In this document: piece by piece, positions 11,000 through 22,274 of the stretch
Layout: every line of letters starts with the position of its first letter
How positions within the stretch are numbered: position 1 is the first letter of the stretch
Source: Selaginella moellendorffii
Taxonomy: Eukaryota; Plantae; Lycopodiophyta
Assembly: GCF_000143415.4 (NCBI RefSeq)
Contig: NW_003314280.1
Coordinates: forward strand, 248,001-312,000
Direction of reading: 5' to 3'
DNA length: 64,000 nt
Notes under the pieces: generated by a model
Told to the model about the DNA's origin: nothing
Seen by the model: the letters and a program-made list of their open reading frames with translations, nothing else
The model's database searches: none
Position numbers and translations under genes: made by a program

Positions 11000-12244
11000 T
11001 TAGGAAGAAAGAGGTGGTGTTGTCGCGAATCGCCAAGTCCTGGCCATGGACATATCACCATAGCGATCTCCCTTCACTCCGGCAACCGCATTTTCAATCT
11101 CGTTCATCTCCACCTTTGAAAGGGTCAGGTCCAGCGAGCTAATGTTTTCCTTGAAGTTATTGAGCTTGGTGGTGCCTGGAATGGGGACAACGTCAACGCC
11201 TTGGTGTTGAACCCAAGCCAGAGCAAGCTGCCCTGTGGTGCAGTTCTTCGTGGCCGCTATCTTGCACAGCTTCTTGTAGATGACTTTGTTGTGTTCCAAG
11301 TTCTCACCTTGGAACCTGGGGACTAGCTGCTCGAGAAAACATGTTAGTTAGAATCAGCTTGAACTGTAAAGAGTATATCCAAAGCTTGCCTTGCGAAAAT
11401 CTCCATCGCCAATCTCTTCTACGATGGCTTTTCCAGAGAAGAATCCTCGTCCAAGAGGACTATAAGAAACTACTCCGATTCCAAGTTCCCTGCAACTCAA
11501 GACTTGATCAAAACTTTGAATGGCAACGATCTAGCTCACCCAACCTGCAAGTTGGAATAACGTCCTCCTCGACATCTCTACTCCAAAGGGACCATTCGAG
11601 CTGAACAGCAGTGATAGGATGGACTGCATGGGCTCGGCGAATATCTGCAGAAGAAGCCTCAGATAAGCCCAGATACTTCACTTTTCCTTCCTCCACCAAT
11701 TTCTTCATCTCTCCGACCTTTCAAAACCAATAAAACCATCTATATCCGTATAGAACAGCGAGAAAAAATAAAATAAAATTCTAGAACAGTACCGTGATTT
11801 CGATGGGAACTTTCGGATCCACACGGTGCTGATAGTAGAGATCGATACAATCCACATCCAGCCTCTTCAAGCTGCCCTCGCAAGCAGCACGGACGTAAGC
11901 TGGATCACCACGGATCCCTTGATTCCCCTTCTCGTCCACGAAGAATGCAAACTTGGTGGCCACTTGGACCTTGTCCCTGATACCCTTGATCGCCTAGAAG
12001 CCGAAAAAAATCCACGAAATGCTTAGCCAAATCCTACCTTGCCGACGAGGATTTCGTTGGTGTGAGGCCCGTACTTGTCCGCAGTGTCGAGGTATGTGAT
12101 CCCCGACTCGATCGCCGTGCGAATGAGCTTGATCATCTCCTCCTGCGGCTTGGGAGGGCCGTAGAATGCCGACATTCCCATGCATCCGAGGCCTTGCTTG
12201 GAGACCTCGAGACCTTGGGAGCCGAGGTTGATGCGCTGCACCAT
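11000..12244 (-). CDS. Aldo-keto reductase copy C, 5 exons, intact
   Basis: Catalytic D/Y/K/H present (DTADKYG, ATKF, QHR). In frame with a GC-AG intron 4 (11327-11389). Confidence 0.92.
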
Positions 12245-12419
12245 TGCCAAGCAAGAAACCCTTTTTCTTCGCCAAATCTAGATTGCATAAAGACCATTCC
12301 CTTCGTTCGTATCCGCATCCTTCGTGCCTTCCTGGAAGTGGAGAAATTAATTTGCTCTACTTAGTGCATTGTAGTTGCTTCTTCTTAGCGAGTGCAAAGC
12401 ATTTTTTTTTTTCCAGAGA

Positions 12420-13609
12420 CTGTGTAGCTTGTGAGAGGTGGCGAGGAAAAACGCCGTGTAGCCAGTTACATAGTTTTCGCTGATTCTTTCTCCCTTGAAA
12501 GAGCCCATTCTTTCAATCTCCTCTAGATCTTCCTTGGAGAGAGAGAGCTCAAGAGAAGCTAGATTCTCTTCGAAGTTCTGGAGCTTGGTGGTGCTTGGAA
12601 TGGGAACAACGTCATCACCTTGGTGCTGGACCCAAGCCAGAGCAAGCTGCCCGGCGCAGCTAGCTTGCAGAGCTTCTCGTATATGGCTTTGTTGCGCTCC
12701 AGGTTCTCTCCTTGAAACCTCGGAAGGGTTACATGCTTGGGAGTAAAACGGTCTGTGGGTGACATGCTTGGGAATAAAACTGGAACAAGTACCTTGCGGA
12801 AGCCACCACGGCCTTTCCCGAGAAGAATCCTCGTCCAAGAGGACTGTACATAACAATTCCAATTCCTAGCTCTAGGAAGAAATCATTCCAACTTGCAAGT
12901 AAGCAAAGCTCGAATCATCGACGTGTTTACCAGCTTTGCTGCTGATCTGATCCCGCTCCAGAGAGACCACTCGATCTGAACAGCAGTGATTGGATGAATC
13001 GCATGAGCTCGACGGATATCTCCAGCCGACGCTTCCGTGAGTCCCAAGTATTTCACTTTCCCTTCCTCCACGAGCCCCTCCATCGCCCCAACTTGTGCAT
13101 GAGATGATCATAAGTTTTCGGATACTATAATCACAAGTACTAGTGAGAACTTACCGTGACCTCGATTGGAACATTGAGATCATCTCAGTGTTGATGGAAT
13201 CGACCTGGAGCCTTTTAAGGCTGGCTACGCAGGCAGCACGGACGTAAGCGGGATCGCCTCGGATGGCCATGCCACTGAAATCGCCGCCTTCGGGAAGAGT
13301 TACTCCAAATTTTGTAGCGAGTTGGATTTTTATCCGAAGGCCTTTGATCGCCTGAGGCAAAAGCAAAACGAAGAGGGATTAGAATCACACAAAAGAAAGA
13401 AAAAGTTGTGCGAGCACTTGCCTTTCCAATGAGAAACTCATTGGTATATGGCCCATACAAATCAGATGTATCAACTCCAGATTTGACAGCGTTGCGAATG
13501 ACACTCGGGCTTTGGAGGGCCATAGATTTGAAGAGAGCCCCATGCATCCAAGCCCCTGCTTTGAAACTTCCAGGGCTTGAGAGCCGTGCTTTACTCTTGG
13601 AACCTCCAT
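12420..13609 (-). pseudogene. Aldo-keto reductase copy D pseudogene
   Basis: [24 protein letters not shown]; DLYYQH segment deleted; frameshifts in exons 1-5. Confidence 0.85.
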
Positions 13610-16373
13610 AGCGATGTAAAGAAAACGAGCAAATATCACGAACAAAAGCCGAGCTTTACCAAACGAACAGAACGCTAGATAGAACGAAACGAAGAAAGTT
13701 GCGCAGACAAAGGTGATGGATTGCGGGAAAATATATATGGCTTCGTCAGGTTGCTTCATATTCGCTTCCTTCGCGCCTTCCTCGAGCTTCGCTAAGCCGG
13801 CCGTTGTTTGAGCTAGGAATATTCTAAAAATATGCGAAAAGTATACACACACCTTTTTGCCTTTTCTCGTACCTGACAAAGCCATGGCTGGTAGTAGGAT
13901 TTTTTCCTTTCCTGCCTCGCAGCAGCCAAAGGCCATGGTAGCCGCGCAAGGCTAGCCGTGGCAAAGCTGGCCTTACCAGTGCGTGGAGCGCTCACAGGCG
14001 TCATGGCCGACCAGCGGGGCAGGAAAGAAGAACCTATACAAGGGCTGTGTGCTGAAGAGAGAAGCCGGATGGTGTGAATCCCCCCAGGCTGCCACAGCAC
14101 AGCCGGAATGGCTGTGGCATGCCAAAGTACACGCAAAATTCTATGTCCGCACCATTCGGCCAGCGAATGGTGACAGAAAAGATTGGCTCCACACCATTTG
14201 GCCGGCCTAATGGTTCAGGGAAAAGAATCAAATCCAACAGAAACTTTTTTTGCCTCGTCTTGGTGCCGAATGGTGGGGAAGGAAAGGTTTGAAAAACCAT
14301 TCATTTGCTGGAGGCGAGCATACTCGTTTGGATTTGGTTTGGAAAACAAAAGTTGTATAGTGATATATTTTTGGTTTGCTCAAGGGGAGTGGAATATGGT
14401 ATTTTTTTCCATCTAATAATTGATATTAAATAAGATTAATTTTGTGTTTAAAAAATATTAATATGTTTATAATTATAAACTTTGGATTAACAAATAGAAA
14501 TAACACTACTATTAAGCAAACATACATAAAATGCACAGCAAATTATTTTCATATTAATAAATTCATTATAAGTCTATATCCAAACATCAACTTACAAAGA
14601 TATAATATCATGCATTCTTGAAGGTGTTTATACAAGTAAATAAAGAAGTTAATGTCACTTAACAAGAATTACATAATTCTAAGTTCCTAGCAACTAAAAT
14701 CTATATACTTTTTAACTGGTATAACCACATTTGGAAACTAATAGAAAACTACATCCAACACCATAGTCACAATAAGCAAGAATATGAAACCATATAAATA
14801 TAATGAAAACTATATTTATAATAAAATATTGTTGACTAGTGCAAAAATATTACCTAAAAACTGATGAAACTTGATGTTAATTCACATGACAATAGCTCAT
14901 CTCATGTGAAAACCTTGAAACTTAAGAGGGAGAATTTGTGAGGAAACAAACTTAAGGTAAATTTTTTTTTTTCTTGAAAATTATGCTTTGGATCTCAGCT
15001 CATGGAGTAACAATGAGCATTGTCATAACACAAGGGATGTGGCATGAGGTAGATACTAAACAATTTCTAAAAGTTAATTTATAGTGGACAGAACTATACA
15101 TTTCCTATGCTTATGAGATGGATTTCTATGTTTCTTTAATGCTTTGTTGTAACGATTCTGGAGAGATGTTTGGTATGCTCAAAAGTACTATGATTACAAG
15201 CAATAGATTTTTTGATTGTCAAAGGTGTTTGGGAGATGATAGATATTTTATTTTTTACTTTTTAAATTTCATACTCAAATTGAATTTGTTGGTGAATTTT
15301 TTCTATTTCCACAAATGTCATATATATAAATCTGTTCGAGTGGCTACTAATTAAAGTGTTTTTTCTTCCTTATTTATTATCTTTGCAATGACAATGCAAG
15401 CATAAAGGATGATATCTCTTTTCCCTCTTCAAGTTTAAACCCATTCTCGAGGTGAGTAATTCGATTTTGGATTGGGTAGGTTGCTTGATTTATATTTTGT
15501 TCTCAGGTTTAGGTTTTCTAAAAGTGAGAAGAGAATGTTGATTGTACCAAAAGAGTGAAGTTAATAAGCTAGAATTCATGCAAAAAAACTAGAAAAAACA
15601 GTCACTCTGGCATAAAGGAAAAAAGGTTGGCTATACCTTCACCTCTACTTTTGTCCAAATTTTGCCTCATCGATGTAGAAGAAATATTTCCCAAATGAGA
15701 GTTTAGTACTTCACATGAACTTTGTATGTCGTCATTTGCCTAGCCCTGTGAGATGTTTGCGTACTCCTTTCCAGAAGTTTTATAATGTCGCTTTCAATTC
15801 TACTCATAATAAAAATGATAGAACGAGAACAAATGCTAGGAAAAAGAACCAGCGAGTAAAGGGATATCTTTTCTGTCTTGCCCGCTCTTCATCCATCCAC
15901 TTCTTCATCTTGTCCTTCAATGCCCTTCTGATTGTAGCAAAACAAGTAGATATCCATACAAGATATCTTGCAAACTAGTGATACAAACTCCTGAAACACA
16001 AACATTCAATCCTCAGCCAACTCCAACTCTACGTTCCTAACATTGGTCCCAGTCCTTGCGAATCTCCTCTGTCGTTGGAACTGGCCTTTGTAGATTGCTT
16101 GATGGAGAGGATAAACTTCCCCTTCTCCTCCACGTACCCTCCTGGCGGAAAACATTCACCATGGTGTGTACACTTTTTGCACAGTTCATTACAGACCAAT
16201 TTGACAAACTGGATCGGAAAGCATATCTGCCACAAAAACTCTATATTCAGGAGAGGGATGGTAGAGGTGATCGGCATCAAGAAAAAAACTTTGAAAAATC
16301 TTCTTAACAAACGCATAAAGACTTTTGTTGTAGAAGTTTGAATTTATGTATAGAAGTTTGTAACTATTTTAAT

Positions 16374-16620
16374 AGTATATAAGAACTTCGCCAAATATCT
16401 TTCCCACAGGCTGCTTCGTATCCACTTCCTTTGTCCCTTCCAGGAAGTGGAGAAATTAATCTACTCAACGCAAAGATCCTGTATAGCGTTTTATTTTTCC
16501 AGAGGTGTAGGATAATACGCCATATAGTTAAGCAGCAGAAAGGATGACAGTGGCTTCCAAACGCTAGGAAATATTCCCACAAGCTGATTCTCTCTCCCTT
16601 GAAAGAGCACGCTTTCAATC
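16374..16620 (-). repeat. Orphan copy of the AKR promoter/spacer with a fragment of an AKR 3' end
   Basis: cgtatcc(a/g)cttcctttgtcccttccaggaagt(g/a)gagaaattaat also occurs at ~9495-9540 and, more diverged, at ~12307-12350. Confidence 0.7.
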
Positions 16621-16794
16621 TACATACGCTAAGGTTCAGCCTCCGCCACGGTGGTCAAAGACGTCCAAGCGCCGAAAGTCGTCAAGGACTTAAATGATTC
16701 CCTGTTTCCACAACTTTTCCAATCCAACCAGTATATTTCTCCACGCCCACAAGTCGTCCTCCGAGATAGGGGAGAACGCTATGCACAAAGAACA

Positions 16795-16947
16795 TCCGAC
16801 CGGTATCCGACCGGGTTGGGCGGTCGGCCGACCGGTCGGAACGGCCGAACGCGGTCGGAACGTCCCGTTCGGGTGTCGGCCGACCGGACCCGACCGCGGC
16901 CGAACGGGTGTTTTTAGATAGCTGATTGAATCGGAGTGGTTTTTCCT
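16795..16947. repeat. GC-rich CCGAC/GTCGG quasi-palindromic element, copy 2
   Basis: Dense CCGAC/GTCGG/CCGAAC motifs; homologous to 10439-10565. Confidence 0.8.
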
Positions 16948-17549
16948 AGATAGTAAGCTTTCCACTCCCGCATTCTCGCGCCTGAAGAGTGTGACGCAAA
17001 GAAGTGTTTTTTTCAAAGTTTTGGAGCCGTAACAAAACAAAGTAACCATAAACAGATTTCATTCAAAATGTGGACTGCAGTGAAGGTGTGCTGCGTGAGC
17101 TCCACGAATATCAACAGCAGATCCTTCAGAGAGTCCACAAGTGTTTCACTTTTTCTGCGACCTTGGCGTGGTCACTGTTCCTTGTTAGAAGATTCCGGGT
17201 GCTAAAAGTAAAGTCTTCGGGATGGATGGCCACGGATGGTCCATTTTACTTCTGATTGCCCCCTTTGAAAAGGATGGAAATGTGAGAAAAACTGGCTAGT
17301 TTGGATGACCACCGAGCACTTGCCTTTCCGATGAGAATCTCTATACACGTCATATGTATACTTGACTAGCCAGCTGCGGTGAGTTCGCGTTGTTACCTTG
17401 CTCGAGCAAGACACGACTCGCAACGGCATCAGTGCTTGAAAAGAAGGTGCCACTTTTGACTAAAGCCGATCTCCATTAGTTTCCTGAAGTCAAGCAGCAT
17501 CAGCGTCAAGAAGAAAAACGAAAACACGAAGAAAAATAGAAAAGAGAAC

Positions 17550-19211
17550 TCATACCTTTTCTTGCCTGGAACGTCTGCGCTTCTTAAGCTTCAACAATGT
17601 AAGAGCATCCACCTCACTCCCATTTATCAGATTTCCTAGCAACACATACGCTGCTTCGTTTGATGGATCAGCGTTGAGAGCGTTTTGTCCAGCACGGGTC
17701 CCCAAAGCTACACTCTTCCTAGCGCTGCAAGCTCCCAGCAGGCACAGCCAGTCTATCGCATCTGGAACGTAAGGCATGCTGAGGATCAAGCTTTCAGCCT
17801 CCCGCAAGTACCCCGCACGACCAAGAAGATCAGCCATGCAGCTAAAGTGGTGCTTGCCGGCTTTCACCTCGAAGTCCCTCAGCATCGAGCAGAAGAAACT
17901 CCACCCAAGATGAACATCGCCCAGGTGATTGCAGCCGTGAAAGATGGAAGCAAACGAGGAATCGTTTGGCCTGAGTCCATCCACTGCCATGCTCGCAAAA
18001 AGCTCCAAGCTCTTTGCGGAGTTCCCGCATTGTGTGTTTAGAGCCAGCATAGTGTTCCAGGCGACCACGTCTCGGACCGGCATCGCTTGGAACCAACCAC
18101 TGGCGGATTCCAGGCGTCCATTGTGAGCGTAAACCAAAACCATGGTACTCCACGAAACCACGTCCGGCACCGGGATAGAAGTGAAGAACCACATCGCGTC
18201 CTCCAAATGGCCGTTGTGCATGTAGCTGCTGAGCATACAGTTCCACGTAACTAAGTCCTGTTCCGGCATGAAATCAAACGCGGACTTTGCAGCTTCCAGC
18301 TCCCCGCTCTGAGCAAAAGCCGCTAAAACGGCGTTCCAGGAGACCAAGTTCTTCTCCGGCATAGAGTCGAACAGCGCCTTTGAGTCACCCAAGCACCCGT
18401 TTTGGACGTAAGCCGCGAGCACTGTGTTCCACGAGACCACGTCCAGTTCCGGCATGAGAGCGATGACCTCGAGAGCTGCTTGTAGGTTCCCGGCTTGCGC
18501 GTAAGCAGCGAGCATCGAGTTCCACGAAACCATATCCTTGTCGGGTGCACCATCAAATAGTGCTTTTGCTTTCTCGGAGAGTCCCCGCTGGGCATAAGCA
18601 GCGAGCATGGCGTTCCAGGCGACGAGATTCCTGTCCGGCATGGCGTCGAAGAGAGCTTTCGACTGTTCGATATCCCCGGCCTGGGCATACGCGCACAGCA
18701 TTGCAGTCCAGGACACGTAGTTCCTGAGCGGCATTTGATCGAAGACTCTCTTTGCGCGCTCCACTTGTCCTGCCTGTGAGTATCCGGCCAGAAGAGACGT
18801 CCACGAGACCACATCCCAGTCTGGCATCGCATCGAAGAGAGCCTGGAGCTTGGAGAGGTGCCCGAGCTGGGCATAGGCGGACAGCATCGTGTTCCACGAG
18901 ACTCGGTCTCTAGCCGGCATTTGGAGGAACACCACCTCGGACTCCGCGAGATGCCCATTTTGGGCATACGCAGACAGCATCAAGTTCCACGAGTATATGT
19001 CCTTGTGAGTGATGCTGCCAAAGACCAGCATTGACAGCTCCACATTCCCACAAAGGCCATACATCTGGACGAGAAGATTGGCGATATACGGCCCATCCTC
19101 TCCCTGGAGATTTGCCAAAACTCGCGAGTGGACATCCCTGGCTCGAGAGAGGGTCTTGCACGACTTGATAAGCTCGACACACTCGTCAGTAGAAAAGCCA
19201 GCTTGTACCAT
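17550..19211 (-). CDS. PLS-class PPR protein with tandem short (31-aa) motifs and an E domain, no DYW
   Basis: Repeats such as RDRVSWNTMLSAYAQLG; E domain HFSCMADLLGRAGYL...AAYVLLGN. First ATG at 19211. Confidence 0.93.
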   Translation of the reverse strand: MVQAGFSTDECVELIKSCKTLSRARDVHSRVLANLQGEDGPYIANLLVQMYGLCGNVELSMLVFGSITHKDIYSWNLMLSAYAQNGHLAESEVVFLQMPARDRVSWNTMLSAYAQLGHLSKLQALFDAMPDWDVVSWTSLLAGYSQAGQVERAKRVFDQMPLRNYVSWTAMLCAYAQAGDIEQSKALFDAMPDRNLVAWNAMLAAYAQRGLSEKAKALFDGAPDKDMVSWNSMLAAYAQAGNLQAALEVIALMPELDVVSWNTVLAAYVQNGCLGDSKALFDSMPEKNLVSWNAVLAAFAQSGELEAAKSAFDFMPEQDLVTWNCMLSSYMHNGHLEDAMWFFTSIPVPDVVSWSTMVLVYAHNGRLESASGWFQAMPVRDVVAWNTMLALNTQCGNSAKSLELFASMAVDGLRPNDSSFASIFHGCNHLGDVHLGWSFFCSMLRDFEVKAGKHHFSCMADLLGRAGYLREAESLILSMPYVPDAIDWLCLLGACSARKSVALGTRAGQNALNADPSNEAAYVLLGNLINGSEVDALTLLKLKKRRRSRQEKV

Positions 19212-19390
19212 TGCCTTTGAGGTAAACAAAGTTATTGTCCTGGATGACTCTTCTTCCAATCCCCTGGAGTAAACTCTGCGCCATAGTTGCTTTTCTTCAC
19301 TGACATTGGCGAGTAAACTTCCCCAGCTCAAGGGAGGGTCTTAGAAACTTTATATTGTTGTTCCATTGTTTTTCACAAACTTGTGTGAAC

Positions 19391-20650
19391 TTACTGCTTC
19401 CAGGAAGAAAGAGGTGGTGTTGTCGCGAATCGCCAAGTGCTGGACATATCACCGTATCGTTCTCCCTTGACTCCGGCCACCACGCTTTCAATCTCGTCAA
19501 TCTCGGCCTTGGAGAGGGTCACGTCTAGCGATCCAATGTTTTCCTTGAAGTTTTTGAGCTTGGTGGTGCCTGGAATGGGGACAACGTCGTCGCCTTGGTG
19601 CTGGACCCAAGCCAGAGCAAGCTGCCCTGCGGTACAGTTCTTCTTGGCCGCTATCTTGCACAGCTTCTCGTAGATGGTTTTGTTGTGCTCCAGGTTCTCA
19701 CCTTGGAACCTTGGGACAAACTGCTCAAGAAAAAGCCCACGTTACAGTCAAGCTTGATCTGTAAAAGACTTATCAAAGCTTGCCTTGCGGAAATCCCCAT
19801 CGCCAATCTCTTCTACGATGGCTTTTCCAGAGAAGAATCCACGTCCGAGAGGACTATAAGCAACTATTCCGATTCCAAGTTCCCTGCAACACAAGTCTCG
19901 GATCAAAACTTTGATTGGGAACGATCTAGCTCAGCTTCTAGCAGACCTGCAAGTTGGAATAACGTCCTCCTCGACATCTCGACTCCAAAGGGACCACTCG
20001 AGCTGAACAGCAGTGATGGGGTGGACCGCATGAGCTCGGCGAATATCAGAAGAAGAAGCCTCGGATAAGCCCAGATACTTGACCTTCCCTTCCTCCACCA
20101 ATTTCTTCATCTCCCCTACCTTTCAAAGCCAAGAAAACCACCTATCGGTATAGAACAGCGAGAAAAAACCTCTGGAACAGTACCGTGATTTCGATGGGAA
20201 CTTTCGGATCCACACGGTGCTGGTAGTAGAGATCGATACAATCCACATCCAGCCTCTTCAAACTGCCCTCGCAAGCAGCACGGACATGGGCTGGATCACC
20301 ACGGATCCCTCGATTCCCCTTCTCGTCCACGAAGAATGCAAACTTGGTGGCCAGTTCCACCTTGTCTCTGATACCCTTGATCGCCTAGCAGCCGAAAGAA
20401 ATCCAATCCACGAGAATGCTTCGATAGAAGAGCAAAATCCTACCTTGCCGACGAGGATTTCGTTGGTGTAAGGCCCGTACATGTCCGCCGTGTCGAGGAA
20501 TGTGATCCCCGACTCAATCGCCGTGCGAATGAGCTCGATCATCTCCCCCTCCGGCTTGGGAGGGCCGTAGAATGCCGACATTCCCATGCATCCGAGGCCT
20601 TGCTTGGAGACCTCGAGACCTTGCGAGCCGAGCTTGATGCGCTGCGCCAT
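19391..20650 (-). CDS. Aldo-keto reductase copy E, 5 exons, intact; closest to copy C
   Basis: [11 protein letters not shown]...DTADMYG...ATKF...QHR...PIPGTTK...[12 protein letters not shown] intron 4 (19721-19783). Confidence 0.92.
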
Positions 20651-20778
20651 AGCCAAGAATCCGCCCTAGTTAGTGAAGCCAAAAACCCCAAATTTTCTTC
20701 ATACTTATATGCTCGAGAGAAATAGTACGGACGATCACGAGAATGTACGGCAAGATCTTTGAAAGTAAAGAACATTTG

Positions 20779-21366
20779 TTATACATTCCAGAGTTGTGCG
20801 GGGGGATCGCTGGTAGCAGCGAGCCTCTCATGATCGAACTTGCTAGAGGAGGATGAGAGAGACGAGAGAAATCCACTATCGGCGCTGCTGCAGCTATTGC
20901 TATTGATCGTTGTGCTGCTGGCAATGGCGATCTCGTGGAGCCAGATCTGGTGCTTGAGGAATTTGACGTAGCTGATGGCTTCGTCCAGCATCGACGCCGT
21001 GTCCATCTTGCTGCCGCCGGGAACCAGGCGCTGGAGCGTCTTGAATCGCTCGCTGATGCGCTTGCGACGCATCCGCGCCGCCACGCTCTGCGGATCCGTG
21101 GAGAATTTGGAGCTGCTACCGCTGCGTTTGGAGCCCGGCTTCCCGCTACTGCCAGCTTTCTGGTGATCGAGAGAGGAATTCGCCGATGCAGCCAGGAATC
21201 CCGAGGGATGAAACAGGGAATAGCTGATGGAATCCGGGCAAAATCCGGACGTGGGCGACGCCGAATCCAGCGCAGCTACGGTCCAGGCATCGCTGGCCGG
21301 CGAATTGATGGAAGAAATCAGGAGATTGTCCATCATCGCGGCGGCATTCTCGTCAAAGAGATTCAT
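20779..21366 (-). CDS. Intronless bHLH transcription factor, subfamily VIIIb, LAX1/BA1/ROX-like
   Basis: [56 protein letters not shown]; TATA at ~21410. Confidence 0.9.
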   Translation of the reverse strand: MNLFDENAAAMMDNLLISSINSPASDAWTVAALDSASPTSGFCPDSISYSLFHPSGFLAASANSSLDHQKAGSSGKPGSKRSGSSSKFSTDPQSVAARMRRKRISERFKTLQRLVPGGSKMDTASMLDEAISYVKFLKHQIWLHEIAIASSTTINSNSCSSADSGFLSSLSSSSSKFDHERLAATSDPPAQLWNV

Positions 21367-22274
21367 CCTTTCGGAAGGAAAAACAGGGGACTCTCCCTCT
21401 CCCGCTCTTTATATATCTAAACAAGAGATGATTGGAAGAATCAAAGCCTTCTTCTTCTTTTTTTCCCTTCTTTCTTTGCAATTCAGAGCAGCAAATTCAG
21501 ATTTTTTGTTTTGTGTTCCCCAGATTCCGGGCCAGGTGGTCTGAATGTTTTTGCCATCAATCCAATCTTTCCAATTCCCCAGCAGCCACCATCATGATCT
21601 GGACCGAATTGCTTGCTTGCTTGCTTCGCTGCTACTCTGTAAGAACCCGAGAGAGAGAGAGAGAAGAGAAGAGAGATCGTGTTCTTGCGAGTTCCTGTCT
21701 CTCTGGTCTGGGCCCCCCTCATCAATCAGCGCTACGATCGAGAGAACTCGAGACAGCGACCGACGGCTCCAAAAGAAACGCGTCACTCTTCCTGGCATGG
21801 AAATTCCATGGAAACTCCAACTTCAAAAGAAGGCTTGGCCACTGCAAAAACTCCTGCAAATCTTCTGCCTAGCGTTCTTGCTTCCCAAACGTTTTCCTGG
21901 TGCTTGTCCTTTCACTCTGTTCGAGAAGCTCGCTCTGTGTGCGCCCTGTAACTCACTCTGGTCGGATCCGCTAACCAAGGGAACACAAAACATGCCTCCC
22001 TGCCTTCCTTCTTCCTCCTCTTTCTTTCTTCCCCGATTAGAGTGACGTAACGATGATCGCTTATCTCTCTTATGAATTTGCCATCTCGATGGATCAGCTC
22101 AGCCTTCTTCATTTTTTCTGCTGATACCGCAGATCTGGGAAACGAGTTAAGTTCATCGGGGGAAGGCTCATCACACGCAGCACTTAAAGAACGTAGCAAA
22201 AGCATCGTGCTCGACTTACTTTTCTAAGCATGTGACTCTCTTTATACAGCTCTGGTTCTGCCCGCCTCGCTATC

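Noticed and set aside
17550-19000. 93-bp periodicity resembling a repeat array or CRISPR
   Set aside because: Explained by 31-aa PPR motifs; no constant-repeat/unique-spacer structure and no cas genes.
21432-22205. Several 70-170 aa ORFs upstream of the bHLH
   Set aside because: Low-complexity promoter/UTR sequence with GA repeats; no coding signature.
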